DNA of 64,000 nucleotides from Dehalococcoidia bacterium (GCA_963666115.2 CAXXET010000008.1:176118-240117), one strand, 5' to 3'; positions 53,957 to 63,464 are shown, numbered from the stretch's first letter. The notes: generated by a model from the letters alone, not told the origin. A program made the numbers and translations.

Positions 53957-55069
53957 CTACTCATCTAGGTCGATATCTTGGAGGGTAATGCGCTGATCCT
54001 TCTTTAGCCCCTTGACAATCACTTTCGAATCCCACATTGGGCGAACTATGTCGTTCATCATGCCCTCGGGCACCGTCACCTTTCTGACCCTCCCCTTATC
54101 GTTGACAATCTTGATTACGTTAGCGTTGGTGCCAGTGGCATCTGCAAATCGGAGCGTTCCCCGAACCTCCACATCCTTTCCGGGACTATCGTCTTCCCAT
54201 GCCTGCTCTATTGCTGGAGGCAAGGGGATATCCATCGCCGGCTTGGTAAAGGATACTTCCCGGGCCATGCCGCCTCTTTGAACTGTAAAGCCTACTTGGC
54301 GGACTCGATCGCCATCTGGCGCCAGCTTCTTGGCTAAACCCAGAAAGTTCCTCAAATAGGGCAATTCCGGGATGCGCTGCTCCAAGGTGTCAATACTGGA
54401 ACGATTGACCGACTCCAAAAGGTTCATGAATTCGTCAACAACAACCTCTACCTCGACCGGAAAAGCCTGTTGTCCCGAGGGACGCCCAACTTTCAAGGTG
54501 ACTGCAAAGCTCGCCGCCCTAGGTGCCGAAATGAGCACCGGGAAATCCTCCCGTACATCCTTTCGCGGGTTGCCCTCAATGAAGGGCCTTTTTCGTTGCC
54601 ACTCAACGATCCTCCCGATGAGTCGGGAAGTGTTTTCGATTCTGCCGATCAGTTCGTCTGACGTGACAAAACCATGCCCCACACCGTTCCCCGACAAACT
54701 CAACTGCAACTCGTCCTGCCCCAACTGAACCCCTCTCAATGCGAGGTGCCGCTGAAAGTTTACCTGTGCAATCAAGTCACGCAATTCCTCCGCAATTTCG
54801 TGCGGAGGTTCTTGAGCCAGGGCCTCCGCTGCAATCCGCTCAGCCAGGCGATACTCCTCGCATTGGAGCGCGAGGTACCCCGCGCTTCGGTGAAGAATGG
54901 AATAGGTCGGCTCGATGGGCTCCTGCAACTCCTCGATCGCAGACATTTCGAGCCGCAAGGCTTGCCTGGCCAACTCGGTAGCCCCTGCGGTGTTCCCCTG
55001 TAGGCGTTGAACCATGGCCGATTCCGCCAGATCCATGGCCTTGCTGTGAAGATCATTGGTGTTGCTCAT
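53957..55069 (-). CDS. hypothetical: helical/TPR-like N-terminus plus domain homologous to 22680..23669
   Basis: LHSKAMDLAE..SILHRSA..AEELR; SLSG..V..G.VT; GTLR..D. Confidence 0.7.
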   Translation of the reverse strand: MSNTNDLHSKAMDLAESAMVQRLQGNTAGATELARQALRLEMSAIEELQEPIEPTYSILHRSAGYLALQCEEYRLAERIAAEALAQEPPHEIAEELRDLIAQVNFQRHLALRGVQLGQDELQLSLSGNGVGHGFVTSDELIGRIENTSRLIGRIVEWQRKRPFIEGNPRKDVREDFPVLISAPRAASFAVTLKVGRPSGQQAFPVEVEVVVDEFMNLLESVNRSSIDTLEQRIPELPYLRNFLGLAKKLAPDGDRVRQVGFTVQRGGMAREVSFTKPAMDIPLPPAIEQAWEDDSPGKDVEVRGTLRFADATGTNANVIKIVNDKGRVRKVTVPEGMMNDIVRPMWDSKVIVKGLKKDQRITLQDIDLDE

Positions 55070-55602
55070 GACTTCTGCACCTTACCACGCGGGCTACCAA
55101 ACTCTATCACGACGACGAAAACGGGGAGCGATCCGCTCGAAGGTTGCGTTTGCCGTAGCTTCTCCCGTACCCGCCTGTCTATGGCCCGTACAACGTCGTC
55201 GGCAGTCCCTTCAGCGCTGAGGATGCCGGACACCTCCAATCGTGCCCTGTTCTGGAATGGGGGGGCGTCTTCGTCGTACCCCAACCAATAGTCGATTCCG
55301 GTTCCTTTGACAGCGCGCTCAATGACCGTGTAGTCGGTAGCATCCTTGATCAGCATCATGGCGATAGCGATGGCGCCGAATTCGGTCGCTTCTTGGTGAT
55401 CCGCCCAGGCTCTGCGTGCCTGGTCGCCAGCGGGCGGCCAAGCCAGAGGGTACGAGCCGGCGATTTGGCCGTCAATCCTGAGATGAGTCCCTTGGTCGTG
55501 GCCTTGTAGTTCCAGACACACCGCCGCTGCCTGGGCGAACGCGCTGCCCAACTCCGGTGTGACACCAGGAAGCCCGCCGCCCAGTTCATTCAAGTCGAGC
55601 AT
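55066..55602 (-). CDS. putative PD-(D/E)XK-fold nuclease
   Basis: EATEFGA..KGTGIDYWL..ARLEVSGI..K..Q; start set at MLDLNEL; ATGA overlap with partner. Confidence 0.6.
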   Translation of the reverse strand: MLDLNELGGGLPGVTPELGSAFAQAAAVCLELQGHDQGTHLRIDGQIAGSYPLAWPPAGDQARRAWADHQEATEFGAIAIAMMLIKDATDYTVIERAVKGTGIDYWLGYDEDAPPFQNRARLEVSGILSAEGTADDVVRAIDRRVREKLRQTQPSSGSLPVFVVVIEFGSPRGKVQKS

Positions 55603-55769
55603 CTGTTGGTTCTCGTGGCTGTTTGAGTCGCGACGTTCCGACAAGGACGCCCTAGCCATCTTACAGTGATCGTGATGATCGTTACAGGAGCTATGCGTCA
55701 ACTGCTGTCGCCCAAGGAACCCTGGAGCGCCGGATAGGCCCAAGAGCGTTCATTCTGCCGGTGAGCAAC

Positions 55770-55846
55770 TGGTAGCGCGTACGGGATTCGAACCCGTGAT
55801 CTCCGCCTTGAGAGGGCGGTGTCCTTGGCCACTAGACGAACGCGCC
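55770..55846 (-). tRNA. tRNA-Glu(CTC)
   Basis: GGCGCGTTCGTCTAGTGG..CCGCC-CTCTCAA-GGCGG..GTTCGAATC..ACCA. Confidence 0.95.
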
Positions 55847-55920
55847 ACAAAAACCAACGTACCCACAGTCTACCCCCCGCCCGCCCCAATCGCCAATCAC
55901 CGCCCTGCCCCCCCCCCACA

Positions 55921-56805
55921 TCACACCACACCCGCCGCCCCCCGCACCTTCTCCATCAACGCCTCCGCCGGCGTCGAAACCGCCCGCCCCCGCAGCGTGA
56001 TCAACCCCGCCTGGTCAACAGGCATCATGTGCCCCAGGTGCACGATCCCCAGCGTCTCCTCGTCCCCCGCCTCCGCCACCACGCGCGGAATCACCGAAAT
56101 CCCGTACCCGTCCCCCACGTACCGCTTGATCAAATCCAGCGAATCCGCCTCCATGATGATGTCGAAATCCAGCCCCTTCCGCCGAAACTCCGCCTCCACC
56201 GCAGACCGCGTATACGTCCCCGGCCCCATCGTGATCAGCGGATACGGCGCAATCTGCTCGAACGACGTCAACGGCAGCTCCCCCAGCAGCGGATGACCCA
56301 GCGGCGTGATCAACAGCCGCTCATACGGAAACAGCGGACGGAACTCCAGCGCCGGGTCCGGGTCCACACCCGGCACGATGCCGAAATCCACCTCCCCCTG
56401 CGACACCATCTCGATCACCTCCGACCGCAGCCGCGACCGCAGCCGCAGGTGAACCGCCGGATGATCGTCGCGAAAATCCTCCACCGCCCCCAGCAGGAAA
56501 TGCGACATCAGGTTCGCCGTCGCCGCCACCGTCACCGGCCCCTCCGACTGCGCCTGCTGCGTGCTCGTCGCCAGCCCCTCGATTCCCTCGACGAGCGGCA
56601 GCGCCAGCTCAAGCAGCTTCTCCCCCGCCAGCGTCAGCCGGATGGGACGACGAATCCGATCGAACAGCGGCGTCCCAAGCTCCCGCTCCAGCTTGCGGAC
56701 ATGCGTCGATATCGTCGGCTGCCCCACGTCCAGCAATTCCGCCGCCCGCGAAAAGCTGCGCAGGCGCGCCGCGACGGAGAAGCTGCGTAGCTCCCGAACG
56801 TCCAT
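55921..56805 (-). CDS. LysR-family regulator (CysB/Cbl-like)
   Basis: SFSRAAE.L..QP.IS.....LE.ELG..LFDR HTH; substrate-binding domain. Confidence 0.92.
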   Translation of the reverse strand: MDVRELRSFSVAARLRSFSRAAELLDVGQPTISTHVRKLERELGTPLFDRIRRPIRLTLAGEKLLELALPLVEGIEGLATSTQQAQSEGPVTVAATANLMSHFLLGAVEDFRDDHPAVHLRLRSRLRSEVIEMVSQGEVDFGIVPGVDPDPALEFRPLFPYERLLITPLGHPLLGELPLTSFEQIAPYPLITMGPGTYTRSAVEAEFRRKGLDFDIIMEADSLDLIKRYVGDGYGISVIPRVVAEAGDEETLGIVHLGHMMPVDQAGLITLRGRAVSTPAEALMEKVRGAAGVV

Positions 56806-56960
56806 CAGACCTCCTCTCTCCACGACAGCCCCATTGTAGCATCACGAAAACAAATACTAACTATCGCTGAATATCCCTTGATGCAATGCTGAGCCGCTGT
56901 CACGATGGATACAGACGAAAACAGGAAACAGCGAACACCCTAATAGGAGGGAGGCCACAA

Positions 56961-57104
56961 ATGACCCAGACCAACCAGCCGACCCGGCCCGTACAGACCA
57001 CCGGCCTCATTCGCGAGACCGCAACCGGCAAGGTTGCGACCGAGGCCAGGGCAGACGTAGAGCGCATCGTCGCGCTAAACGCCAACCTACTCGCAGCGGC
57101 CTAA
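56961..57104 (+). CDS. 47-aa small protein divergent from LysR
   Basis: AGGAGGGAGG SD and downstream terminator. Confidence 0.6.
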   Translation: MTQTNQPTRPVQTTGLIRETATGKVATEARADVERIVALNANLLAAA

Positions 57105-57152
57105 ACGCCGCCCCAAAACCGAAATCCCACCACCACACACCTCCTCCCCGGG

Positions 57153-57189
57153 AGAAGCTCCGCGCCCCAAGCGGAGCTTCTTTCTTTTT
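57153..57189 (+). terminator. intrinsic terminator
   Basis: AGAAGCTCCGC/GCGGAGCTTCT stem plus TTCTTTTT. Confidence 0.8.
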
Positions 57190-57195
57190 GGAGGC

Positions 57196-57396
57196 CATCC
57201 CGTCATGGCGGCCATTCCGTCATGAAAGCCATTCCGTCATTCCGGCGAAGGCCGGAATCCACCCCCCCCCATCCGCCCCCCCGTCCGTCATTCCCCATCT
57301 TCATTCCGTCATTCCGGCGAAGGCCGGAATCCATCGGGTGCCCCTCCCTCCATCATTCCCGCCCTTCATTCGTCGTTCCCCCGAACGCGGGAACCC
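57196..57396 (+). repeat. REP-like palindrome cluster overlapping hisS 3' end
   Basis: Full copies at about 57236 and 57308; degenerate copy at about 57372..57396. Confidence 0.8.
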
Positions 57397-58676
57397 ACCG
57401 CCCCCCCACTCAACAAAACCTCCCCCTGCTCCCCCGTCCCCATATCCCTCAACGCCCCCATCCCCCGCGCCACCTCATCATCCCCGATGATCAACGCATA
57501 CCGCGCCTTCGCCGCCCCCGCCGCCCGCAGCTGCGCCCGCAAACTCCGCCTCCCCGTCGACATCGACACGCTCACACCCTCGCGACGCAGCTCCCCCGCC
57601 AGCCGCAGCGCGTGAACGTGCGCCGCATCCCCCAGGTACACGATGTACAGATCAGGCCGAGGCGTCAGCCCCGACGGGGGCGTCAAACCCGCCTCCCGCA
57701 AGTTCATGATGATCCGCTCGATGCCGGACCCAAACCCCACGCCCGGCGTCGGCGGCCCCCCCAGCTGCTCGATCAGCCCGTCGTAGCGCCCCCCTGCCCC
57801 CAGCGCCGTCTGCGACCCCTCGACAGCCGGATGAATCTCGAAAACCGTCCGCGTGTAATAGTCCAGCCCGCGCACCAGCCGCGGCGTCACCTCATACGGA
57901 ATCCCCCACAACTCCAGCAGCTCGCGCACCCGCGCAAAATGCTCCGCGCAATCCCCGCACAGCCCCTCCGCCGGCGTCGGCGCGCCCGCCATCACCGGCT
58001 GGCACCGCTCCTCCTTGCAGTCCAGCAGCCGCAGCGCGTTCTTCTCGAACCGCGTGTGGCAGTCCGCGCACGTGTCGTCCAGCCGCGTCGAATAGTACTC
58101 CCGGAGCGACGCAAGGAACTCCCGCCGGCAGCAATCACCGTCGCCGATGGAGTTCACGTGCAGCGTCAACCCCGTCAGCCCCAGCTCCTGGAAAAAACTC
58201 CACAGCACGTGGATGACCTCCGCGTCGATCTCCGGACTCGCGTCCCCGATGGCCTCCACCCCAAACTGGTGATGCTGGCGCAGACGCCCCGACTGTGGCC
58301 GCTCATACCGAAAAATCGGCGTGATATAGAACGCGCGCACAGGCTGGGGCAGGGTATGCATCCCGTGCTGGATGTACGCCCGGCACACCGGCGCCGTCCC
58401 CTCCGGCCGCAGCGTCAGCAGATCGTCGCCCCGGTCCGTGAACGTGTACATCTCCTTCTCGACGATGTCCGTCCCCTCGCCCACCGTCCGCGCGAACAGC
58501 GCCGTCTCCTCGAACACAGGCGTATCGATCCGACGGAACCCGAACCGCTGCGCGACGTCCTGCGCCGTCGACCGCACCCAGTCCCAATACGGCTGATCGT
58601 CCGGCAGCGCGTCGTTCGTGCCCCGAACCGTCTGGAACCGACGCCGATCAGTCTCACCCGCCATCACATTGCCCAT
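57366..58676 (-). CDS. hisS: histidyl-tRNA synthetase
   Basis: DIVEKEMY, LRPEGTA, FRYERPQ.GR, VRGLDYY, GGRYD. Confidence 0.97.
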   Translation of the reverse strand: MGNVMAGETDRRRFQTVRGTNDALPDDQPYWDWVRSTAQDVAQRFGFRRIDTPVFEETALFARTVGEGTDIVEKEMYTFTDRGDDLLTLRPEGTAPVCRAYIQHGMHTLPQPVRAFYITPIFRYERPQSGRLRQHHQFGVEAIGDASPEIDAEVIHVLWSFFQELGLTGLTLHVNSIGDGDCCRREFLASLREYYSTRLDDTCADCHTRFEKNALRLLDCKEERCQPVMAGAPTPAEGLCGDCAEHFARVRELLELWGIPYEVTPRLVRGLDYYTRTVFEIHPAVEGSQTALGAGGRYDGLIEQLGGPPTPGVGFGSGIERIIMNLREAGLTPPSGLTPRPDLYIVYLGDAAHVHALRLAGELRREGVSVSMSTGRRSLRAQLRAAGAAKARYALIIGDDEVARGMGALRDMGTGEQGEVLLSGGAVGSRVRGNDE

Positions 58677-58750
58677 TGGCGGAATGTGCCAGTCACCGCC
58701 AATAAAAACCAAACCACACTGTGCCTCACAATACAGGCCGATGATTAAAA

Positions 58751-59665
58751 TCAAACGCCGGCGATTTGGTAGCCGCCGTCGATCGGCAGCACGTGGCCTG
58801 TGATCCCGCTCGACAGATCGCTCAGCAGGAACAGCGCCGCCTTGGCTACTTCGTCGTGCGTGATATTGCGCTGCAACGGCGACCGTTCCGCCTGGATGCG
58901 CTTCATATCAACGTACCCGTGGATAGCCCGCGACGACAGCGTATCGAGCGGCCCCGGCGAAAGCGCGTTCACGCGGATGCCGCGCGGCCCCAGCTCATAC
59001 GCCAGCTGCCGCACCTCGTTCTCCAAAGCCGCCTTCGCCGTCCCCATGATGTTGTACCCGGGGAACACGCGGTCCGACGCCGAGAACGTCAGCGTCACGA
59101 TGGACGAACCCTCCGGCATCAACGGCGCGGCATACCGCGCGACGGGTATCAACGAATAAGCGCTAACCTCCAGCGCGATGCGGAACCCGTCGCGCCCCGT
59201 CTTCGAAAAATCCCCCCCCAAATCATCCCGATTAGCAAAGGCAATGCTATGAACCAAAAAATCAACCGAAGCCCCCGCCGCCGCAATCTGCGAAAACGCC
59301 CCCTCAACATTCTCATCCGCAGAAACATCGCACTCGATCAACGTAACAGACCCCGCCCCCGCCGCACCTCCGTCATTCCCGCCCTCGGACGACTGCGCCC
59401 CTCCTCCGTCACTGGAGCCGGTCCCCTCTCCGTCGGCTGGTCCCGTCCCCTCCCCTCCGTCGGAGCCCGCGCCCCCTCCGTCATTCCCGCGAAGGCGGGA
59501 ATCCACCAGCTTCCGTATCCCCTCGCCGAGCCGCTCGTTCTGATACGTCAAATAAAGGTTAGCCCCCGCCGAATGCAGCGCCTGAGCAATATGCCAGGCG
59601 ATGCTCCGGTGATTAGCCACCCCCAGCACCACAGCATTCTTCCCACCAAGCTCAATCGAATACAT
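58751..59665 (-). CDS. fabI: enoyl-ACP reductase with repeat-derived in-frame insertion
   Basis: GVAN.RSIAW, HSIAFA, SAYSL, YNIMGTAKAALE. Confidence 0.93.
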   Translation of the reverse strand: MYSIELGGKNAVVLGVANHRSIAWHIAQALHSAGANLYLTYQNERLGEGIRKLVDSRLRGNDGGGAGSDGGEGTGPADGEGTGSSDGGGAQSSEGGNDGGAAGAGSVTLIECDVSADENVEGAFSQIAAAGASVDFLVHSIAFANRDDLGGDFSKTGRDGFRIALEVSAYSLIPVARYAAPLMPEGSSIVTLTFSASDRVFPGYNIMGTAKAALENEVRQLAYELGPRGIRVNALSPGPLDTLSSRAIHGYVDMKRIQAERSPLQRNITHDEVAKAALFLLSDLSSGITGHVLPIDGGYQIAGV

Positions 59666-59714
59666 AGCCCCCCCATTGTAGCGCGTGAACCCGTCCCCCG
59701 CCGCCCCCACCTCG

Positions 59715-59739
59715 GTCATTCTGGCGTAGGCCAGAATCC
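59715..59739 (+). repeat. REP-like palindrome variant
   Basis: GTCATTCTGGCGTAGGCCAGAATCC; compensatory stem change relative to consensus. Confidence 0.75.
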
Positions 59740-59789
59740 ATCCCGTGGCCCGTAGGGTCACAACCCCCGTCTCGGTGTAAAATCAACCC

Positions 59790-60149
59790 ATGGGCATGTT
59801 CAACGTCCCGATAAAGATCTCAAACCCGAGCGGCGGTGACGAGGCGGAATTCCACGCCCTCGTCGACACCGGCGCATTCCTCACGATGGCCCCCGAGCCC
59901 GCGTTGCGCCGCCTCGGACTAACCCCAAACAGGACAGTAGAATTCGAGCTTGCCGACGGCAGCATAGTAGCCCACGGCGTAGGCGAAGCAAGGGCCGCCA
60001 TCAACGGCGACAGCGTTACAACACAGATCGTCTTCGGCCCGGATGGTGTTGAACCGGTCATAGGCGCCCACACCCTCAAAGGCCTCCAACTAGCCGTAGA
60101 CCCCGTCAACGAACTCCTAATCCCCGTCCCCCACCGCCCCCGCCTCTAA
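59790..60149 (+). CDS. retropepsin-like aspartyl protease
   Basis: LVDTGA, LADG, IGAHTL; TAAAAT-N6-ATG. Confidence 0.85.
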   Translation: MGMFNVPIKISNPSGGDEAEFHALVDTGAFLTMAPEPALRRLGLTPNRTVEFELADGSIVAHGVGEARAAINGDSVTTQIVFGPDGVEPVIGAHTLKGLQLAVDPVNELLIPVPHRPRL

Positions 60150-60178
60150 CCCCCCGCCCCGTCCCGCGAACCCAACCC

Positions 60179-61477
60179 CTACCCCCCACCCCGCCCCGCC
60201 GCCTCCCCCACGTCCCGCGCAAAACTCCCACGCAGCGCCAGCGCGATCGCGAACATCACCGCCACGCCCCCGCCGAACCCCACCGCCGCCGGCGCCCCCA
60301 GCCACTCCGCCAGCGCCCCCACCTGCAGGCCCCCCAGCGGAATCAGGCTGTACGTCAGGCTGAACACCCCCATCACACGCCCCCGCAGCTCCTCCGGCAC
60401 CGCGCTCTGCAGCAGCGTCAGGTTCGTGATTTGCGAGAGTGAGTTGAACGTGCCGGACAGGAACAGCGCCCCCAGCGACAGCCACAAAAGCTCGCTGAAC
60501 GCGAACACCATGACCGCCGCGCCGAACAGCCCCGCGCACCCCAAAAGGATCACCAGCGGCCACCGCCCCTTCACCCAGAACGCCGCCAGCCCCGTCCCGA
60601 TCAGCCCCCCCGCCGCCGACGCCCCCAGCAGCAGGCCCATCCCCTCCACGCCCACCTCCAGGATGTCCCGCGCGAACACCGGCATCACCTGGATGTACGC
60701 CACCCCAAAGAAACTGTCCACGAACGTCAGCAGGATCAGGCACGCGAACAGGTTGCGCCGCGCGATGAACGTGACCCCCTCGAACAACTCCTTAAACACG
60801 TTCCCCGGCACCCGATCCACGCGCGGAATCCGCACGAAGAACAGCAGCAGCGTCCCCAGCCCGTACCCCAAGGTCACCGACCCAAACGTCGCCGCCGTCC
60901 CGATGCGCTCGATCAGAAACCCGCCCAGCCCCGGCCCGAACACCCGCGTCCCCTGCCACACCGACGAACTGAGCGCCAACGCGTTCATCAACAGCCGACG
61001 ATCCGGAATCAGCGCCGGCACAACCGCCGTCCGCGTCGGCTGGTCGATCCCCTGGATGATGCCGATGGCCGCCGACGCCGCCAGCAAATGCCACGGCACG
61101 AGGATATCCCCGATCGTCAACAGCATCAGGACCGTCACCGTGATCGTCACGCAGAACTGCGTCGTGATCAGCAGCGCCAGCCTGCTCACCCGGTCCGCCG
61201 CCACCCCGCCGATCAGGTTCACGCTGACCGTCCCAATCCCCATCACCGCCCCCAGGTACCCCAGGAACAGCTCCGAGTCCGTCAGCTCATACCCCTCCCA
61301 CGCGATCACCACGCGCAGGATCTGCCACCCCAGCACGAACGACACCGCGCTGAACCAGTAATTCCGAAAATTCGGAACGGCCAAAGACCCAAGCGGCGAC
61401 GTAACGGCGCGATGCTGCTGCTCAGCCTCCGCCTCCCCCCGCTCCGCCCCCGTCCCCCCCGGTCGCAATGATGACAT
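60179..61477 (-). CDS. MFS transporter
   Basis: About 12 TM; GGVAADR.SR, LRGRVMG. Confidence 0.9.
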   Translation of the reverse strand: MSSLRPGGTGAERGEAEAEQQHRAVTSPLGSLAVPNFRNYWFSAVSFVLGWQILRVVIAWEGYELTDSELFLGYLGAVMGIGTVSVNLIGGVAADRVSRLALLITTQFCVTITVTVLMLLTIGDILVPWHLLAASAAIGIIQGIDQPTRTAVVPALIPDRRLLMNALALSSSVWQGTRVFGPGLGGFLIERIGTAATFGSVTLGYGLGTLLLFFVRIPRVDRVPGNVFKELFEGVTFIARRNLFACLILLTFVDSFFGVAYIQVMPVFARDILEVGVEGMGLLLGASAAGGLIGTGLAAFWVKGRWPLVILLGCAGLFGAAVMVFAFSELLWLSLGALFLSGTFNSLSQITNLTLLQSAVPEELRGRVMGVFSLTYSLIPLGGLQVGALAEWLGAPAAVGFGGGVAVMFAIALALRGSFARDVGEAAGRGGG

Positions 61478-61558
61478 CCAAAAAACCCCACCCCGATGGT
61501 ACACCCGCGCAACATATGTCATTCTGAGCGCAGCGAAGAATCACCCCAGGGAGGACCC

Positions 61559-61888
61559 GTGCCCGCATTCGACGACTTCACAGGAACCGTCCGGGGGACG
61601 CCCGTCGTCACCCGCGTCATGGAAAGCATGATGATCGAAGCCGCCCAGGCCCTGCGAGACATCTGCCGCGCCTTCAAGGAAACCGGCGAGCCCATGGGCG
61701 GCCACCACCTCCCCGCCGGCGGCTACATGGGCGAAATGATCGTCCGAGCCCTAATAGAGGCCGACCTAATCGAAGAAGTCGAAGGCCGCGAAAGAGGCTT
61801 CATGCGACGCTACAAACCCACAAAAAAGGGCGAAAGAACCTACACCAAACTAAACAAGGAAAACGCCTTCTCCCGCCGCCCCACCTAA
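61559..61888 (+). CDS. hypothetical, winged-helix-like
   Basis: GGAGG SD before GTG; L..ADLIE....Y.PT.KG motif. Confidence 0.55.
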   Translation: MPAFDDFTGTVRGTPVVTRVMESMMIEAAQALRDICRAFKETGEPMGGHHLPAGGYMGEMIVRALIEADLIEEVEGRERGFMRRYKPTKKGERTYTKLNKENAFSRRPT

Positions 61889-61913
61889 ACCGATCCGCGT
61901 GTACAATTGCCGC

Positions 61914-62270
61914 ATGGGAGCATTCAAGACAACCCTGCGCATCTCTGACGATGCCGGCCGGAACGGGCACGAATTCGAGGCGCTTGTGGACACGGGTGCC
62001 GCCTACTCTATGCTGCCCGAATCCACCCTGCGGCGAATCGGCATAGAACCCTCCGATACCATGGCCGTCCAATACGGCGATGGCAGGATAGACCGGCGTC
62101 CCATCGGCCAGGCTCAGGCGCGCGTCGACGGACGAAGTGTAGTCACGATAGTCATCTTCGGCCCCGATAACGCCCCGCCGCTCCTCGGCGCATACACCCT
62201 CCAGGGCCTCCGCCTAATGGTAGACTCCCCCAACGAGCGCCTAATCCCCCTCCCCCTGGCCACCGTCTAA
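61914..62270 (+). CDS. retropepsin-like aspartyl protease
   Basis: LVDTGA, LLGAYTL; TACAAT-N6-ATG. Confidence 0.85.
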   Translation: MGAFKTTLRISDDAGRNGHEFEALVDTGAAYSMLPESTLRRIGIEPSDTMAVQYGDGRIDRRPIGQAQARVDGRSVVTIVIFGPDNAPPLLGAYTLQGLRLMVDSPNERLIPLPLATV

Positions 62271-62293
62271 CCAACGCGCCCCCAACCCCCCAT

Positions 62294-62407
62294 GTCATTC
62301 TGAGCGCAGCGAAGAATCCAAAGCCTCAATTGCGCACCCTCCGTCATTCCGGCGAAGGCCGGAATCCACCGGCCGCCCCTCCGTCATTCCCGCGAAAGCG
62401 GGAACCC
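62294..62407 (+). repeat. REP-like palindrome cluster (three types)
   Basis: Copies at 62294, 62343, 62383. Confidence 0.85.
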
Positions 62408-62440
62408 AGCCCACCGCCGTCGGCGAACCTTAAAAAAAAC

Positions 62441-62517
62441 TGGTCGGGGCGCCCGGATTTGAACCGGGGACCTCCGCGTCCCGAACGCGGCGCGCTGCCA
62501 AACTGCGCTACGCCCCG
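62441..62517 (-). tRNA. tRNA-Pro(CGG)
   Basis: CGGGGCGTAGCGCAG..CCGCG-TTCGGGA-CGCGG..GTTCAAATC..ACCA. Confidence 0.95.
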
Positions 62518-62672
62518 ACCGACAACCAACACGCGGGCAACAACCCACCCGCTCCCCCACAGTATACAATGTCATTCTGAGCGTAGCGAAGAATCCAAAG
62601 CCCCAATTCCCCAACCAACCCCAATAACGCCACCCCCCCCACAGAGAGGGCGAGCCAGGGCAGAGGAGCCCG

Positions 62673-63464
62673 TTAACCCGACAAAATCGCCTCAGCAACA
62701 GGCCCAAGCGCCCGCCGAACCTCCGCATCCAACTCATCCTGCGGATAATGCACAGGCTGCTTGGCCGCCCCCGGCCCACGCCCAGGCCACCGCTTGGCGA
62801 GTGCTTTGGCAAGCTGGGGGAATGCCTTGATCGCATAAAGCCTGGACCGGCTGTCTTCGTCCGTCCGATTGAACCAGTCCCTGAGTGCATTGCGAAGCTT
62901 CAGAGACCTCAATGCAGACCGATTGTGGATTTCCCGAACATTGCTCACGCTAGAGCCGAATGTATCCTGCGCGTCTTTGATCTCTTGTTCCTGCAGCCAG
63001 AGACCACGCGCGAACACATCCCTTTCAATGCGCGCAGGGTCTGTTTCCCGCAGGGGTATAAGCTCTTTCCAGTTAGGTTCTGTCTGGCCTGAATTCCTGA
63101 TGCCTAGTCGGCACTTGATTCCCAGTGCCTCCCAGAGAAGTTTATTCTCCGCTGCCTCTAGGTGGGTAGATTCGAGTATGTGCGATGTTGCTAATGCCCG
63201 ACCCAAAGCCCACCGTCTGATGAATGCCAGCTCCGCTTGAGACTCCGCGTGGACGGAAGTGACAAGATCAAGCGCTTTATCCAGCATGTCATCTATTTCG
63301 CGATCTAGAGCGGTGGCGGCAGGCCGATGCTCCTCCGCGCCAAAACGTGACCGGCGCGTTGTTTGCACCGGGTTCGTCAGTTCACCGGAATCGGACTGTG
63401 ACCAAAGCAAGACGGGCATCAGTGGCTGCTCTCCTCGTACATCCGCATCATATGCGCCGAGCAT
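62673..63464 (-). CDS. hypothetical protein (lower GC); start uncertain, possibly ATG 63419
   Basis: 263-aa ORF with protein-like composition, coupled to upstream ORF. Confidence 0.55.
   Translation of the reverse strand: MLGAYDADVRGEQPLMPVLLWSQSDSGELTNPVQTTRRSRFGAEEHRPAATALDREIDDMLDKALDLVTSVHAESQAELAFIRRWALGRALATSHILESTHLEAAENKLLWEALGIKCRLGIRNSGQTEPNWKELIPLRETDPARIERDVFARGLWLQEQEIKDAQDTFGSSVSNVREIHNRSALRSLKLRNALRDWFNRTDEDSRSRLYAIKAFPQLAKALAKRWPGRGPGAAKQPVHYPQDELDAEVRRALGPVAEAILSG

Noticed and set aside
56820-57110. tmRNA (GGGGCTG on minus; LAAA-ending ORF on plus)
   Set aside because: The two signals are on opposite strands, there is no tRNA-like 3' end, and the ORF has its own SD and ATG.
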